In this document: piece after piece, positions 27,882 to 37,405 of the stretch
Position numbering within the stretch: the first letter of the stretch is position 1
Layout: every line of letters begins with the position of its first letter
Assembly: GCA_964603585.1 (NCBI GenBank)
Contig: CAZRVK010000002.1
Coordinates: 115,513-179,512 of the forward strand
Reading direction: 5' to 3'
Length of the DNA stretch: 64,000 nt
Origin: an uncultured Planctomycetales bacterium
GTDB taxonomy: Bacteria > Omnitrophota > Gorgyraeia > Gygaellales > Profunditerraquicolaceae
Notes under the pieces: model-generated
Database searches by the model: none
What the model was told of the DNA's origin: nothing
What the model saw: only the letters and a program-made list of their open reading frames with translations
Made by a program: the position numbers and the translations under genes

Positions 27882-29495
27882 TCAAAGGATCTTCTTCTCA
27901 TAGACTGAAAATATCCCTATTGATCTAACCTTGATGAAATTATCAAAAATATATGCCTTAAGCTGCGGGAAGTCCCCCAACCGCTTATCAGTAGTCAAAA
28001 AAGACTTTTCCTCCAAAACCACAATCGCAACTTGTTTTTTCTTAAGATCATCTACGACCCATTCATCAAGTTTTGCATCGTACCGCTTAGAATAACTAAA
28101 ACCCTTGTCAAACCATAAAACCGGTTGGGGCGAAGGGAAATTAAGCAGGCCATAAAATATCGTGAAATCCGGAAAAATAAAAAATGGCTTGTTCTGGGCC
28201 TCAAGATATTCATAAACCGCCGCGATGTCAGACTCCTGGACATCGTAACCTAACACCTCCGTAGGCTGGCCCCATTTCAGGACTTCCAACTTCTTAATAA
28301 AAGATCTCTTGGGAAATTTGGATCCGGAGAAAACATCCTGCACTTTGCGGGTTAAAGCAGTTTCAACACCGTAAACGATGACATATATGCTCGATAAACC
28401 GATCAAAACGGCCAGCACCCAATTTAGGACAACTCGTTTCCTCGGACTCTTTTTGGGGAGGATAAATCCGCTGACGGCGGCTAAAATGATCCCCAGGAAA
28501 GGAAAACCATTCTCTTTTTGATTCATGGCAGTACGCATAAAAAGATACTGGAAAAATACGGTATAGATACACAAAAACGAGGCCAATAACCTGGGCAGAG
28601 AAAACTCCTTGCCCTGGATAAGATTAAACAAATAATGAAAAAATACGTATACCGCGACAACCAAAGAAAACCAAAATAGATATTGAATAAATAATAACCC
28701 GGCGCTATCAAAAAATGCGGCATGGAATGGATTATAAATAATCCGGTTCATGCCAACTTCCCAGGGAATTCGAAGGAAATATTCAAGAAAAACCGCAGGG
28801 CGGGAATAAATCACTAACCAGAGGCAAAATACCGAAAGGCTAAGGAAAAAACCCAGAAAAAACCACATTGACCTGGAAACAACCATTTTCAGGCTAAACT
28901 CACTGCCCAAAATAATCAACAGGAAATACAGGGGGAAAATAAATGCCCCGGCATTTTGCTTACTGATCAATGATAAAAGGGCACAAACCCCGGAAGCCAA
29001 AAGAAGTGATCTTGCCGCGGCAACAGACAAGCGATAAAGCAAAACCGGCAAAACAAAGGTTATACCTGCCAAAGAAAAGAAGAATGCGGTTTGTTCCGCA
29101 TTTGTCGTGCCGTAAATCGAGTAAAACCATACTGCGGTGATTATCCCGCAAAGATAAGCCAGCCAGCTTCTTCCCGGAAAAAGGATTTTGATTATCACTA
29201 TCCCGCAAAGAGTCGCCAGAAGATTAACGAATGAAGCGGCAAATATATAGGCAAAATAATTTACCCCTAATAGTTTAAAGAACCCTGCCTGCAGCCAGAA
29301 CGCCATCGGGCCAAAAGGCATAAAGAAGTCTTTAAAGGGCACCTGGCCGCAAAGGATACGCCATGCGCCATCAAAGGTCATCGACTGGTCAAAAGCAAAA
29401 AACCCCCGGCTGCCGGAAGCAAAGCATAAAAAAAATCCTGCGGAAATGATCCCCCCGATAATCAGTAATTCCGCGATCTTATAAAAAAGCTTCAC
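27882..29495 (-). CDS. Polytopic membrane protein, putative GT-C-type glycosyltransferase
   Basis: At least 11 TM helices, an FDQSMTFDG acidic motif in the first loop and a ~150-aa soluble C-terminal domain. Confidence 0.45.
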   Translation of the reverse strand: MKLFYKIAELLIIGGIISAGFFLCFASGSRGFFAFDQSMTFDGAWRILCGQVPFKDFFMPFGPMAFWLQAGFFKLLGVNYFAYIFAASFVNLLATLCGIVIIKILFPGRSWLAYLCGIITAVWFYSIYGTTNAEQTAFFFSLAGITFVLPVLLYRLSVAAARSLLLASGVCALLSLISKQNAGAFIFPLYFLLIILGSEFSLKMVVSRSMWFFLGFFLSLSVFCLWLVIYSRPAVFLEYFLRIPWEVGMNRIIYNPFHAAFFDSAGLLFIQYLFWFSLVVAVYVFFHYLFNLIQGKEFSLPRLLASFLCIYTVFFQYLFMRTAMNQKENGFPFLGIILAAVSGFILPKKSPRKRVVLNWVLAVLIGLSSIYVIVYGVETALTRKVQDVFSGSKFPKRSFIKKLEVLKWGQPTEVLGYDVQESDIAAVYEYLEAQNKPFFIFPDFTIFYGLLNFPSPQPVLWFDKGFSYSKRYDAKLDEWVVDDLKKKQVAIVVLEEKSFLTTDKRLGDFPQLKAYIFDNFIKVRSIGIFSVYEKKIL

Positions 29496-29518
29496 TTTCT
29501 ATTACCCACAGGTTAACA

Positions 29519-30988
29519 TTAATTTCCCAGGCGGTATGGCCTAAGAAGCCTTAAAAACTCCGGGCTGACCGCATAACCGATTTTTGCTGCCAGATCAGCA
29601 TGCCTGATCGCCAATTCATATTCTTGCCGTGAATAATAAACTACGGCCAGATTATTATGCGCCAGGAAATAATCCGGCGCCAGCTCAATGGCTTTTTGAT
29701 ACATTTGGATAGCCTCTTCTGTCCTGCCTAATTCGGCATAAACAATCCCCAGGTTATAATAAACCCTCGGGGTGTTCGGTTTAAATTTTATGGTCCTCTC
29801 GTAAAAAGTCAGATCATCCCGCCAATAAAGATTCTGCCTGACAGTAAGAAATGAATACCATCCTAATAACGCGATCACCAAAATCATACCGGCCGATTTG
29901 CGGTTTTTACCCCGATAAAAACAACAGACCCCATATGCGCATAACAAAAAAAATCCCATCGCCGGGAAATAAAGCCAATGCTCCATCATATACGATGAAT
30001 TAATGCGATAAATATTAGTGACAGGCAAAATAGCGATAAAAAACCAGCCAATAGCGAATGATACGACCGGAGCGGCATTTATTTGCCTGAAGAAAAAAAA
30101 CAAAGATGCCAGTAATATCATAAACCCGCTGATCACCTTTGGATCGGCATAATGAAAGATCCTGTCTCCATACTCCATATGCAGATTTAACGGCATAAGC
30201 AAAAGACCGAGGTAATTTGTTAAAGCGGCAAAGAAAATCGGGATGCGGGACAGGATATTCCCTCCTCCCGGAATATGAGGAAGAAAATGATTAAGGCTAA
30301 AAAATCTTAGTCCCAGATAAAGCAGGATCAACGCTACAATTGCCAGCATTTTAAGCAAGGCCAGCCGTTTACGAAAGACGTAATGGTAAAGCAAAACCAA
30401 AAGGGGGAAGATTAAACTGCTTTCCTTGGATAAAAGCGCTAAGCCATAACTAAATAAAATCAACAAATACGCCTTGGGTTTTTCAAAATCCATATATTTA
30501 ACATAAAACCCCAAAGAAGCCAGCAAAAAAAACGCCGCCAGAGAATCCTGGCGGCCAGAGATATAAGAGACGGCTTCTGTATTAATCGGATGCACCACAA
30601 ATAATAAACTGCTGACTAAAGAAAGTAATTTATCCCGGAAAATGATATTGAGGAGCCAGTACAGGCTTAACCCCACCAAAACATGCAGCAGGATATTGGT
30701 AAAATGATACCCGCCGGGATTCAAACCCCAAAGAGAGTAATTTATTAAATAGGTCAGCATTTGCAGTGGCCGGTATAAATCATAATCCCTGCCTCCGGCA
30801 ATACCAACATCTTCAGTAAAGATCCTGCCGATATTAAGGAAACTCTCCAGGCGGGGGTTATTTTCTATATAGATATGGTCATCCCAGATAAACTGGCCCG
30901 GTAAAGAGTTAAAATAAACAAGGAACCCTAAGATGATTATGACAAGCGGCGCGAGTTTTTCTGTCCTGGAAAGAAAGTTTAACTGCAT
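29519..30988 (-). CDS. Multi-TM + C-terminal TPR protein (TMTC/PMT_2-like putative GT-C glycosyltransferase)
   Basis: FIWDDHIYIENN motif in the first loop, about 11 TM helices and C-terminal TPR repeats (YYNLGIVYAELGRTEEAI...). Confidence 0.55.
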   Translation of the reverse strand: MQLNFLSRTEKLAPLVIIILGFLVYFNSLPGQFIWDDHIYIENNPRLESFLNIGRIFTEDVGIAGGRDYDLYRPLQMLTYLINYSLWGLNPGGYHFTNILLHVLVGLSLYWLLNIIFRDKLLSLVSSLLFVVHPINTEAVSYISGRQDSLAAFFLLASLGFYVKYMDFEKPKAYLLILFSYGLALLSKESSLIFPLLVLLYHYVFRKRLALLKMLAIVALILLYLGLRFFSLNHFLPHIPGGGNILSRIPIFFAALTNYLGLLLMPLNLHMEYGDRIFHYADPKVISGFMILLASLFFFFRQINAAPVVSFAIGWFFIAILPVTNIYRINSSYMMEHWLYFPAMGFFLLCAYGVCCFYRGKNRKSAGMILVIALLGWYSFLTVRQNLYWRDDLTFYERTIKFKPNTPRVYYNLGIVYAELGRTEEAIQMYQKAIELAPDYFLAHNNLAVVYYSRQEYELAIRHADLAAKIGYAVSPEFLRLLRPYRLGN

Positions 30989-31031
30989 ATTATAGTGATG
31001 AGATAACTGGCAGTTTCGAAAGGCCTGGTAT

Positions 31032-32087
31032 TTATTTATTCAACACTTCGATAATAATGCTTTGGCTAGAGGTATTGCCTAAATTATCCTGAACCGTTAA
31101 AGTTGCCGTAAAATGCCTGGGTTCAAATGAAGCACTGTAATAAGTATTTACCGGGTTGGCTTTCGTAGAAACGTCCCCGTCCCCAAAATCCCAGGAATAA
31201 GAAACTATCCGGGCATGGGGGCTAAAAGAACCCTTGGCGGAAAATTGTACCCGAAGAGGAGAAAATCCTTTTACCGGTCTGGCGTTGACTACCGCCGTGA
31301 TCATTCCGGAATCCGGATCCCGCTCACGAGGCACAGCAACCACAACAGCCTGCGGTGTCTCCTTAAGCTTCGGTTTTGTTTCCTCGGCAATATCCGGAGC
31401 AATTGCCAAAGCTGGCTCCAGATGCGATCCGGCAGCATTGGTTTTTTCTATCCCCAATGGTTGTGGCTGTACGACTGTTCCTGCTGGCGCAACTGCCGCT
31501 TCCTTAATAACGGCTAAACCCGGAGTAAACTGTTCCTTGGCCAAGTCGTTTTTGACATAGTTAGCCATCTTTTCTTTTAATTTTGCGACACGCGCAAACT
31601 CCAGAGCATCTTTTTGTTCTTCGATCTTGAGGATCTTCTCTCTGTATTTTGGATCATGGTCATAGCGGTAATCTGAAACCCCAATAAAAGGGAGACGGAA
31701 TACTCCAGTCACCAGCTTAAACATCATGATCGGGTAATCTGCAAATCCCATCTTGAACCGGTTCTCGATCGCCCCCATCTTCTTATAAAAATCTTCGATT
31801 ATCCTCCGGCGCCGGCTGAATCTTTCTTTTGCCAATGCCAAATCCTCTGGCACAGTATTATTCTCGCCTACAGTATATTCAACGATCGTGTAATTATCAC
31901 GGGAAACAACATACCCTTTATCATACGGTACAGTCCCCTTCTGGAATTTATAAGTGGCACATCCGGATAATAATACCATTAAGATAAGAACACTCCCCCA
32001 CTTCAAACAGCGGAGTGATTTAAAAAAATCCCGGTCCTGCGCTTCAGAGAAAATGGCGGCCTTCCCAAGAGATATTATTCCAAGCAT
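31032..32087 (-). CDS. PKD domain-containing lipoprotein
   Basis: Lipobox LLSGC and a C-terminal PKD motif (WDFGDG...). Confidence 0.65.
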   Translation of the reverse strand: MLGIISLGKAAIFSEAQDRDFFKSLRCLKWGSVLILMVLLSGCATYKFQKGTVPYDKGYVVSRDNYTIVEYTVGENNTVPEDLALAKERFSRRRRIIEDFYKKMGAIENRFKMGFADYPIMMFKLVTGVFRLPFIGVSDYRYDHDPKYREKILKIEEQKDALEFARVAKLKEKMANYVKNDLAKEQFTPGLAVIKEAAVAPAGTVVQPQPLGIEKTNAAGSHLEPALAIAPDIAEETKPKLKETPQAVVVAVPRERDPDSGMITAVVNARPVKGFSPLRVQFSAKGSFSPHARIVSYSWDFGDGDVSTKANPVNTYYSASFEPRHFTATLTVQDNLGNTSSQSIIIEVLNK

Positions 32088-32120
32088 TTATTTCTCCTCT
32101 TTGATATTCAACGCTTTAAA

Positions 32121-33857
32121 CTACAGAAGGGGTTTAAATATTACTATATTCAATTGCGCATCTTCGCTTTTTTGGATGGTTTTTATGCTTTGCGCTATCT
32201 TACGGGCATTCTCAAGGTCAAGGCCGCTAACTTCATAACTCCTTAAAAACGCATCCACATCAGACGTTTTGTCTAAAGACCACTCCTGCATCATCCTTAG
32301 AATTTCCTTATTGATATCTTGGGCGGGCTCTAATCCCGCCAGATGAATAGCCGCAGGGTTAATAAATATTATATCTCGATTCCCATTAAAAACCAAAACC
32401 CCTTCACTGATATTGCCAAACGCGGCGTTAAAAACCTTTGCCTGCATGACAAGTTCATCTTTTTCCTTCTGCAGTTTTTTAGTCGCTGATTTAAGCTGGG
32501 CATCTACTGACTTGGAAATAATGGCATTTATTTCCGCCATTGCCTGGTCTGTATCAACAGCCCCGCCAGAGGTGAGTTTTTCAAATACCGGCTTAAGCTC
32601 GCTGGAAAAATCCTCTTGTTTGTCTTTTTCAAGCTGTTCTAAGATATCCTCTTTGTTTTCAAAGAGCTTACGGATCTCTTCCTCCGGCATTCCTTTTAAA
32701 CCAAGCAATTTCTTGATCATGAATTCGAAATCCGTAGAAACCTTGGCCCGGGCCAGGACACCTTTTAAAAAAGCCCCTTGCTTTTTTAAAGTCATCTGTC
32801 CTTTCATCAGCCCAGACAAAAGCTTCTGCGCTTCGGTCTGATCCAAGATCCCCATAAGAGAATTGGACATTTGCTCAATAAGCCCGCGCAATTCATCGGC
32901 CACCTGAATGCTCTTAACCTGGCGCGTTAATTCCTTACCCAAAACAGCAGCTGACTTATAAATCTTTTTAGTATCTTCGTCATCTTTATTCTCGATCAGG
33001 CATTTATAAAGATCGTCCTTAACCCTATCAAGCTTGAGATTTACCGAATTCAATATGGATTGGGCCTTATCACCTCCAACCTTGTTCAGCAAATGCACGG
33101 TCTCGACTATAGCATTTGCTTCATCAAGCGGATTGGCAACGAACTTTTCCGTAAATACTGCCTGATCCGATCCTTCTTTTAAAGAAGGATCTATCAGATA
33201 AAGCAATTTTTCCTCCGGATGTTCCTCGATAGGATTAGGCACAATCGATTCACCGGTTGATTCCTTAGGGCCTTCTTCTGCGGGCTCATTTTCTGACTGG
33301 GCAAAAATACGCTCTAATTCCGCCATCTCTTCAACGCTCATTTTAGCCTGTTCAGAAACAACTTTTTCCCCCATGCCAATAAGCTCATATTTGATCGGAT
33401 TGAGTTTTATATGCCTGATATTCTTTTCTTTAAAAGCCTCTTCCACCCCCCCCATGGCAATGATCTCCTGCGGCCGGCAAGCAAAGATGCTTAAAAGGCT
33501 TAAGAAATCCTCCCGGGTAAAATCTTTCTCAAACTCCAGGCTAACCACCTTCACGGAAGTAAATAAATTGACCAGCTTATCCACAACCGGATTCTTTTCT
33601 TCCAGAAAAATATCCTGATATTTTATTTTCCTTTCGGCGATATAAATAGCCAGGCTGTTCTTTGCCTGGATAACATTCCCCAGGATATCAAATGCGTCCT
33701 GGATCGGTTGTTTAGCCAAGGGATGCTCGATGCCAAAGTCATGTGCCTGGGAAACCGCCCGAGCCAGGAATTTTACCATGTCAGAAAGCTGTTTCTTTTC
33801 CTGGATCGAGATCTCCCCCGAACCTGGATTTTTCTTATTATCCTGTGGTTGTTCCAT
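32121..33857 (-). CDS. Hypothetical coiled-coil protein with C-terminal PAS-like domain
   Basis: 578 aa. It is largely helical and charged, with a PAS-like pattern in the last ~100 aa (VLVFNGNRDIIFINPAAIHLAGL). Confidence 0.4.
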   Translation of the reverse strand: MEQPQDNKKNPGSGEISIQEKKQLSDMVKFLARAVSQAHDFGIEHPLAKQPIQDAFDILGNVIQAKNSLAIYIAERKIKYQDIFLEEKNPVVDKLVNLFTSVKVVSLEFEKDFTREDFLSLLSIFACRPQEIIAMGGVEEAFKEKNIRHIKLNPIKYELIGMGEKVVSEQAKMSVEEMAELERIFAQSENEPAEEGPKESTGESIVPNPIEEHPEEKLLYLIDPSLKEGSDQAVFTEKFVANPLDEANAIVETVHLLNKVGGDKAQSILNSVNLKLDRVKDDLYKCLIENKDDEDTKKIYKSAAVLGKELTRQVKSIQVADELRGLIEQMSNSLMGILDQTEAQKLLSGLMKGQMTLKKQGAFLKGVLARAKVSTDFEFMIKKLLGLKGMPEEEIRKLFENKEDILEQLEKDKQEDFSSELKPVFEKLTSGGAVDTDQAMAEINAIISKSVDAQLKSATKKLQKEKDELVMQAKVFNAAFGNISEGVLVFNGNRDIIFINPAAIHLAGLEPAQDINKEILRMMQEWSLDKTSDVDAFLRSYEVSGLDLENARKIAQSIKTIQKSEDAQLNIVIFKPLL

Positions 33858-33918
33858 AAAAACCTCTTTGCCTAATCGACTTCATCAGTTTCCATATCCT
33901 TATCCGAAAAGCCGGGGA

Positions 33919-34218
33919 TTACTGTTTTGAACCGGTTGACTTGGCCGCTCCTTCAGGGGCTGTTGTAAGTATCTCTTTGGGAAGAGCCACGCCATGTTTG
34001 CGTAACTGTTCTTTCAGATAAAAACTTTCCTTTCTTAAAGCGATCAGCTCCTGCATCATATCGGTAGCCTCCATCATCTTCATCCGGCCATTCAACTGTT
34101 CAAGAGAAACCAAAAGAACGTTATTCTGTTTCATTAAGCTCATTGTATGGATAAAAAACACGACTATGGTAAAAACAAGCAGTAACATAATGATAATATC
34201 ATTCTTTCTATAATTCAT
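33919..34218 (-). CDS. Small TM + coiled-coil protein (FtsB/DivIC-like?)
   Basis: 99 aa with an N-terminal TM helix followed by a coiled coil. Confidence 0.3.
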   Translation of the reverse strand: MNYRKNDIIIMLLLVFTIVVFFIHTMSLMKQNNVLLVSLEQLNGRMKMMEATDMMQELIALRKESFYLKEQLRKHGVALPKEILTTAPEGAAKSTGSKQ

Positions 34219-34316
34219 CTGTGCCTCCTTTAATGTAAATACCGGGATTTCATCCTATTATAATATATTAGACGGATAAAAAACAAGGCTTTTATTTATA
34301 CCGTCTGCGGTAAAGA

Positions 34317-35117
34317 CTATTCGGAAAATGCCAGATACCCAAGAACTACCAGGTTCGCTAAGGGTAAAAGCATCAATATCCCGACCCATCCGGGTTTATT
34401 ACGCGCTAAAGCGACTTTATAATAAAGATACCCGGAAAATGCAAGCACAGCCAAAGCGCCGATTACAGGGATAAAAGAAGCGAGAAATATAAATAACCAC
34501 CAGTAGCTTAAATTGGCCACCTTAAACATCAAAAGGAGTTGAGCGATCGGGACCCAAGCCATCCAAAGAGGGCCTTGATTTGTTTTTTGGGCGATGAAAG
34601 CCATACAGAGTGAAGAATAAACGTAAATACCCACAGATATGATCAGTATCACCAGCAAAACAATCCCGCTCGCCGCCGCACCCAAAAGCCTGCTATTTCT
34701 TTTATCACTTAATGCAGATTTAGTAACATCCCCTGAACTTTTGCCTTTTTCCTCCGCGGGGCTGGAACTTATCGAACTGTTTTCGGTTTGCATCTCGGAT
34801 CCGCTTTGCTCCGGGATAACAGAAGAAGATCCGGTATTATCCATAGAAACGCCTGCCGGGGCCTCCGGCTGAACAGGTTGATCGCCATATATCTGGACGG
34901 CGGGAATATGGCTAATGACCTCTTCGCCGATTTTATCGATTTCGTTTAAAAAATACGGGACCCTGACCCCCTCCAGCTCCACGATAACTTTAGTCTCATC
35001 TCGCTCCACAATCGGCGCTTCAATTTGCGAACCAGAGGTAAAAGTGATCACTTCTGCAAAAGCAGTACTGACGGAAACAACCAAAGCCGCGCATACCAAA
35101 AACACCTTTATCTTCAT
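34317..35117 (-). CDS. Secreted/membrane protein, paralog B of 21145..21873
   Basis: I placed the start at MKIKVFLVCAALVVSVSTAFA. It shares the ~60-aa N-domain (RDETKIVV...VPYFL..I.KI) and the 3-TM C-terminus (N.GPLW.AW.P) with paralog A. Confidence 0.5.
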   Translation of the reverse strand: MKIKVFLVCAALVVSVSTAFAEVITFTSGSQIEAPIVERDETKVIVELEGVRVPYFLNEIDKIGEEVISHIPAVQIYGDQPVQPEAPAGVSMDNTGSSSVIPEQSGSEMQTENSSISSSPAEEKGKSSGDVTKSALSDKRNSRLLGAAASGIVLLVILIISVGIYVYSSLCMAFIAQKTNQGPLWMAWVPIAQLLLMFKVANLSYWWLFIFLASFIPVIGALAVLAFSGYLYYKVALARNKPGWVGILMLLPLANLVVLGYLAFSE

Positions 35118-35183
35118 TTCGACTCCCTTCATATTTTAACCGCCCTCCTTTAACCACTTAGACTGCACCATAATCAGCGCGAT

Positions 35184-36761
35184 TCAAGCCTTATTAATTC
35201 CAAACACAGCTGCTGCAAGAAACAGTAAAAACAAAAAGATGCTCCCAAGAGTCACTACCCCGGCCAGAAAAGCGATCAAGCAGCCGGTTTTTCTCTGACT
35301 TATCATTTCCTCGCGTTCGGTCTTTTGCGCGGTCTGAAATGCATCGATAACTCCCAGGGCCCAGGGAAGGAACAAAAACGACGAGCAAAACACAAGCAGT
35401 CCTTTACCCGCCTGGCCATTGTAAAACTGCCCAAGGCCGGGGATAAAGAAGCTTAAAACCGCGGCCAATTCCGGGGATTGTTTCTTTTGGACAAATCCCC
35501 CGTGTTTTATCATATTACACGCCTGGCAATAAACCCCCGAATCCAGCACAACCTGACATTCAGAACAAATATTTTTGGCGCAAAAATTACATATTGCAAC
35601 AGCATTTTTATCCAAATGATTCGTACATTTCAAAGCCTCACCGGAAGAATTAAGCTTAAAAACGTCATAATCCTCATTTAAAGCCCCGAGGAATTTCAGG
35701 CTTAAAGCGCGTCTAAAGACTGCGACAGGCAGGTATGCAGCTGCCAAACAATATGTTATGCAGATAATTAAAGGAACAAAGATCATCCCTAAAACCGCCA
35801 TATATGCAATATTTAAAGCCGGGGGAATAACCGTATAAATCAAATAGCAGATTATAGCAACCATAACCCCGGGTAAAATTAACCCTAAAAATGCCATTAA
35901 AGAAACTGCCACATATGCCAGACCGGAACAAAACCATAAAGCAATAACAATCAGGATATAAAGGATAACGCTATTCTTATTGGCCCTTAATAAACTCCAT
36001 ACCGTGGACCAGGCCTGGGTAAACTTGATCTGTTTCTTAAGCATTACCGGTAAAACAAAATGCATCGTAATAAAAAAAATCGCTGTGGATATAAAAATTA
36101 GCAAGAGGATTGAAATTCCATAAGGCAGGGCAGTAAGAAATATCTGTTTAAATCCCGCGGTCATAGGTTTATCAAAAACCCCTATTTTGATCAAGGCCCT
36201 GATAAGCGGATAGATCAAACCACCCAGGACAATTGCAAACCCGGCCGTAAAAGATAAATAAAATCCGCATAATGAATTTCCGATATTCTTATATTCCCGA
36301 AAAGGACCCCTTATCGAAGCATCATTCTTCGCCACCGCACCTAAAAAAATAAAAGAGAATCTGGAGAATAACCACGTCATTAAAATTATAATAAATAGGC
36401 AAAGAAGCGCTACCAAGGAAATGATCGCCACAGATACAGGTTCTTTTGCCGAAGCCCGACCTTGAATATCACAGGTATTGGATTTATCGGCTGCGGACTG
36501 GGATTCCGGGAGTTTACCAACATCAGATTTATTGGCTGAAGATTGAGAATCCGGCTTTGATTGTGAGAGTACGGATTGCTTATTTTCGGACTTTTTCTCC
36601 GGCAATGGCAGGCTTAAACCTCCTCCTCCGGCTAAATATCCTGCCATCCAGGCAATAAAAGTAAAGATCAACCATTTTTTAAGATTAAAAGGCCGAAAAC
36701 ACACCGCCATGGTCCACTCGAAAGAAGACTCAATAATCTTGGTAAAATTTACCATCGTCAT
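35184..36761 (-). CDS. Multi-TM membrane protein with Cys-rich zinc-ribbon and C-terminal TM2-like domain
   Basis: CTNHLDKNAVAICNFCAKNICSECQVVLDSGVYCQAC Cys cluster. The C-terminus matches a TM2 domain (FFIPGLGQFYNGQ). Confidence 0.45.
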   Translation of the reverse strand: MTMVNFTKIIESSFEWTMAVCFRPFNLKKWLIFTFIAWMAGYLAGGGGLSLPLPEKKSENKQSVLSQSKPDSQSSANKSDVGKLPESQSAADKSNTCDIQGRASAKEPVSVAIISLVALLCLFIIILMTWLFSRFSFIFLGAVAKNDASIRGPFREYKNIGNSLCGFYLSFTAGFAIVLGGLIYPLIRALIKIGVFDKPMTAGFKQIFLTALPYGISILLLIFISTAIFFITMHFVLPVMLKKQIKFTQAWSTVWSLLRANKNSVILYILIVIALWFCSGLAYVAVSLMAFLGLILPGVMVAIICYLIYTVIPPALNIAYMAVLGMIFVPLIICITYCLAAAYLPVAVFRRALSLKFLGALNEDYDVFKLNSSGEALKCTNHLDKNAVAICNFCAKNICSECQVVLDSGVYCQACNMIKHGGFVQKKQSPELAAVLSFFIPGLGQFYNGQAGKGLLVFCSSFLFLPWALGVIDAFQTAQKTEREEMISQRKTGCLIAFLAGVVTLGSIFLFLLFLAAAVFGINKA

Positions 36762-36766
36762 TCCTC

Positions 36767-37351
36767 CTATTTCATAAGCGACAAGGCTTCGGCCCTGGTT
36801 TTCTCATTTTTCTGAAAAATACCCCTCACTGCCGAAGTCACCGTTAGAGTCCCGGGCTTTTTTACTCCGCGCATCGACATACACATATGTTCCGCTTCAA
36901 TAACCACCATACAACCCTGTGGTTTCAGCTTAGACATGATAATTTCTGCGATCTGCGTGGTCAATCTTTCCTGCACCTGCGGGCGCTTCGACAAAATATC
37001 TACAACCCGGACCAGCTTACTTAAACCGGTAACCCTGCCTTGTTTTGGGATATAGGCAATATGCGCCTTGCCGATAAAAGGGATCAAATGGTGCTCACAA
37101 ATGCTGTATAACGGGATCCCTTTTAACAGAACGATCTCTTCGTGTTTTTGATCCAGGATAACCTCTAACTCCTTTTTCGGGTCTTGCCTTATCCCGGAGA
37201 ATATCTCTTCATACATCTCTGATACCCGTCGAGGGGTATCTAAAAGATCCTGCCTCTGGGGATCTTCACCGATAGCTACTAAAATATCCCTGATCGCGCG
37301 TTCAATCTTCTTCTTGTCCATTACAAACCCTTTCTTCTTTATTTCCCACAA
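36767..37351 (-). CDS. folE: GTP cyclohydrolase I
   Basis: [18 protein letters not shown] active-site region. The true start may be the internal MDKKKIE at 37321. Confidence 0.9.
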   Translation of the reverse strand: MWEIKKKGFVMDKKKIERAIRDILVAIGEDPQRQDLLDTPRRVSEMYEEIFSGIRQDPKKELEVILDQKHEEIVLLKGIPLYSICEHHLIPFIGKAHIAYIPKQGRVTGLSKLVRVVDILSKRPQVQERLTTQIAEIIMSKLKPQGCMVVIEAEHMCMSMRGVKKPGTLTVTSAVRGIFQKNEKTRAEALSLMK

Positions 37352-37405
37352 AAACAGGCTTTCGCTAACTGCCTTATCAACATATTACCCCGAGGCTAAA
37401 GATTC

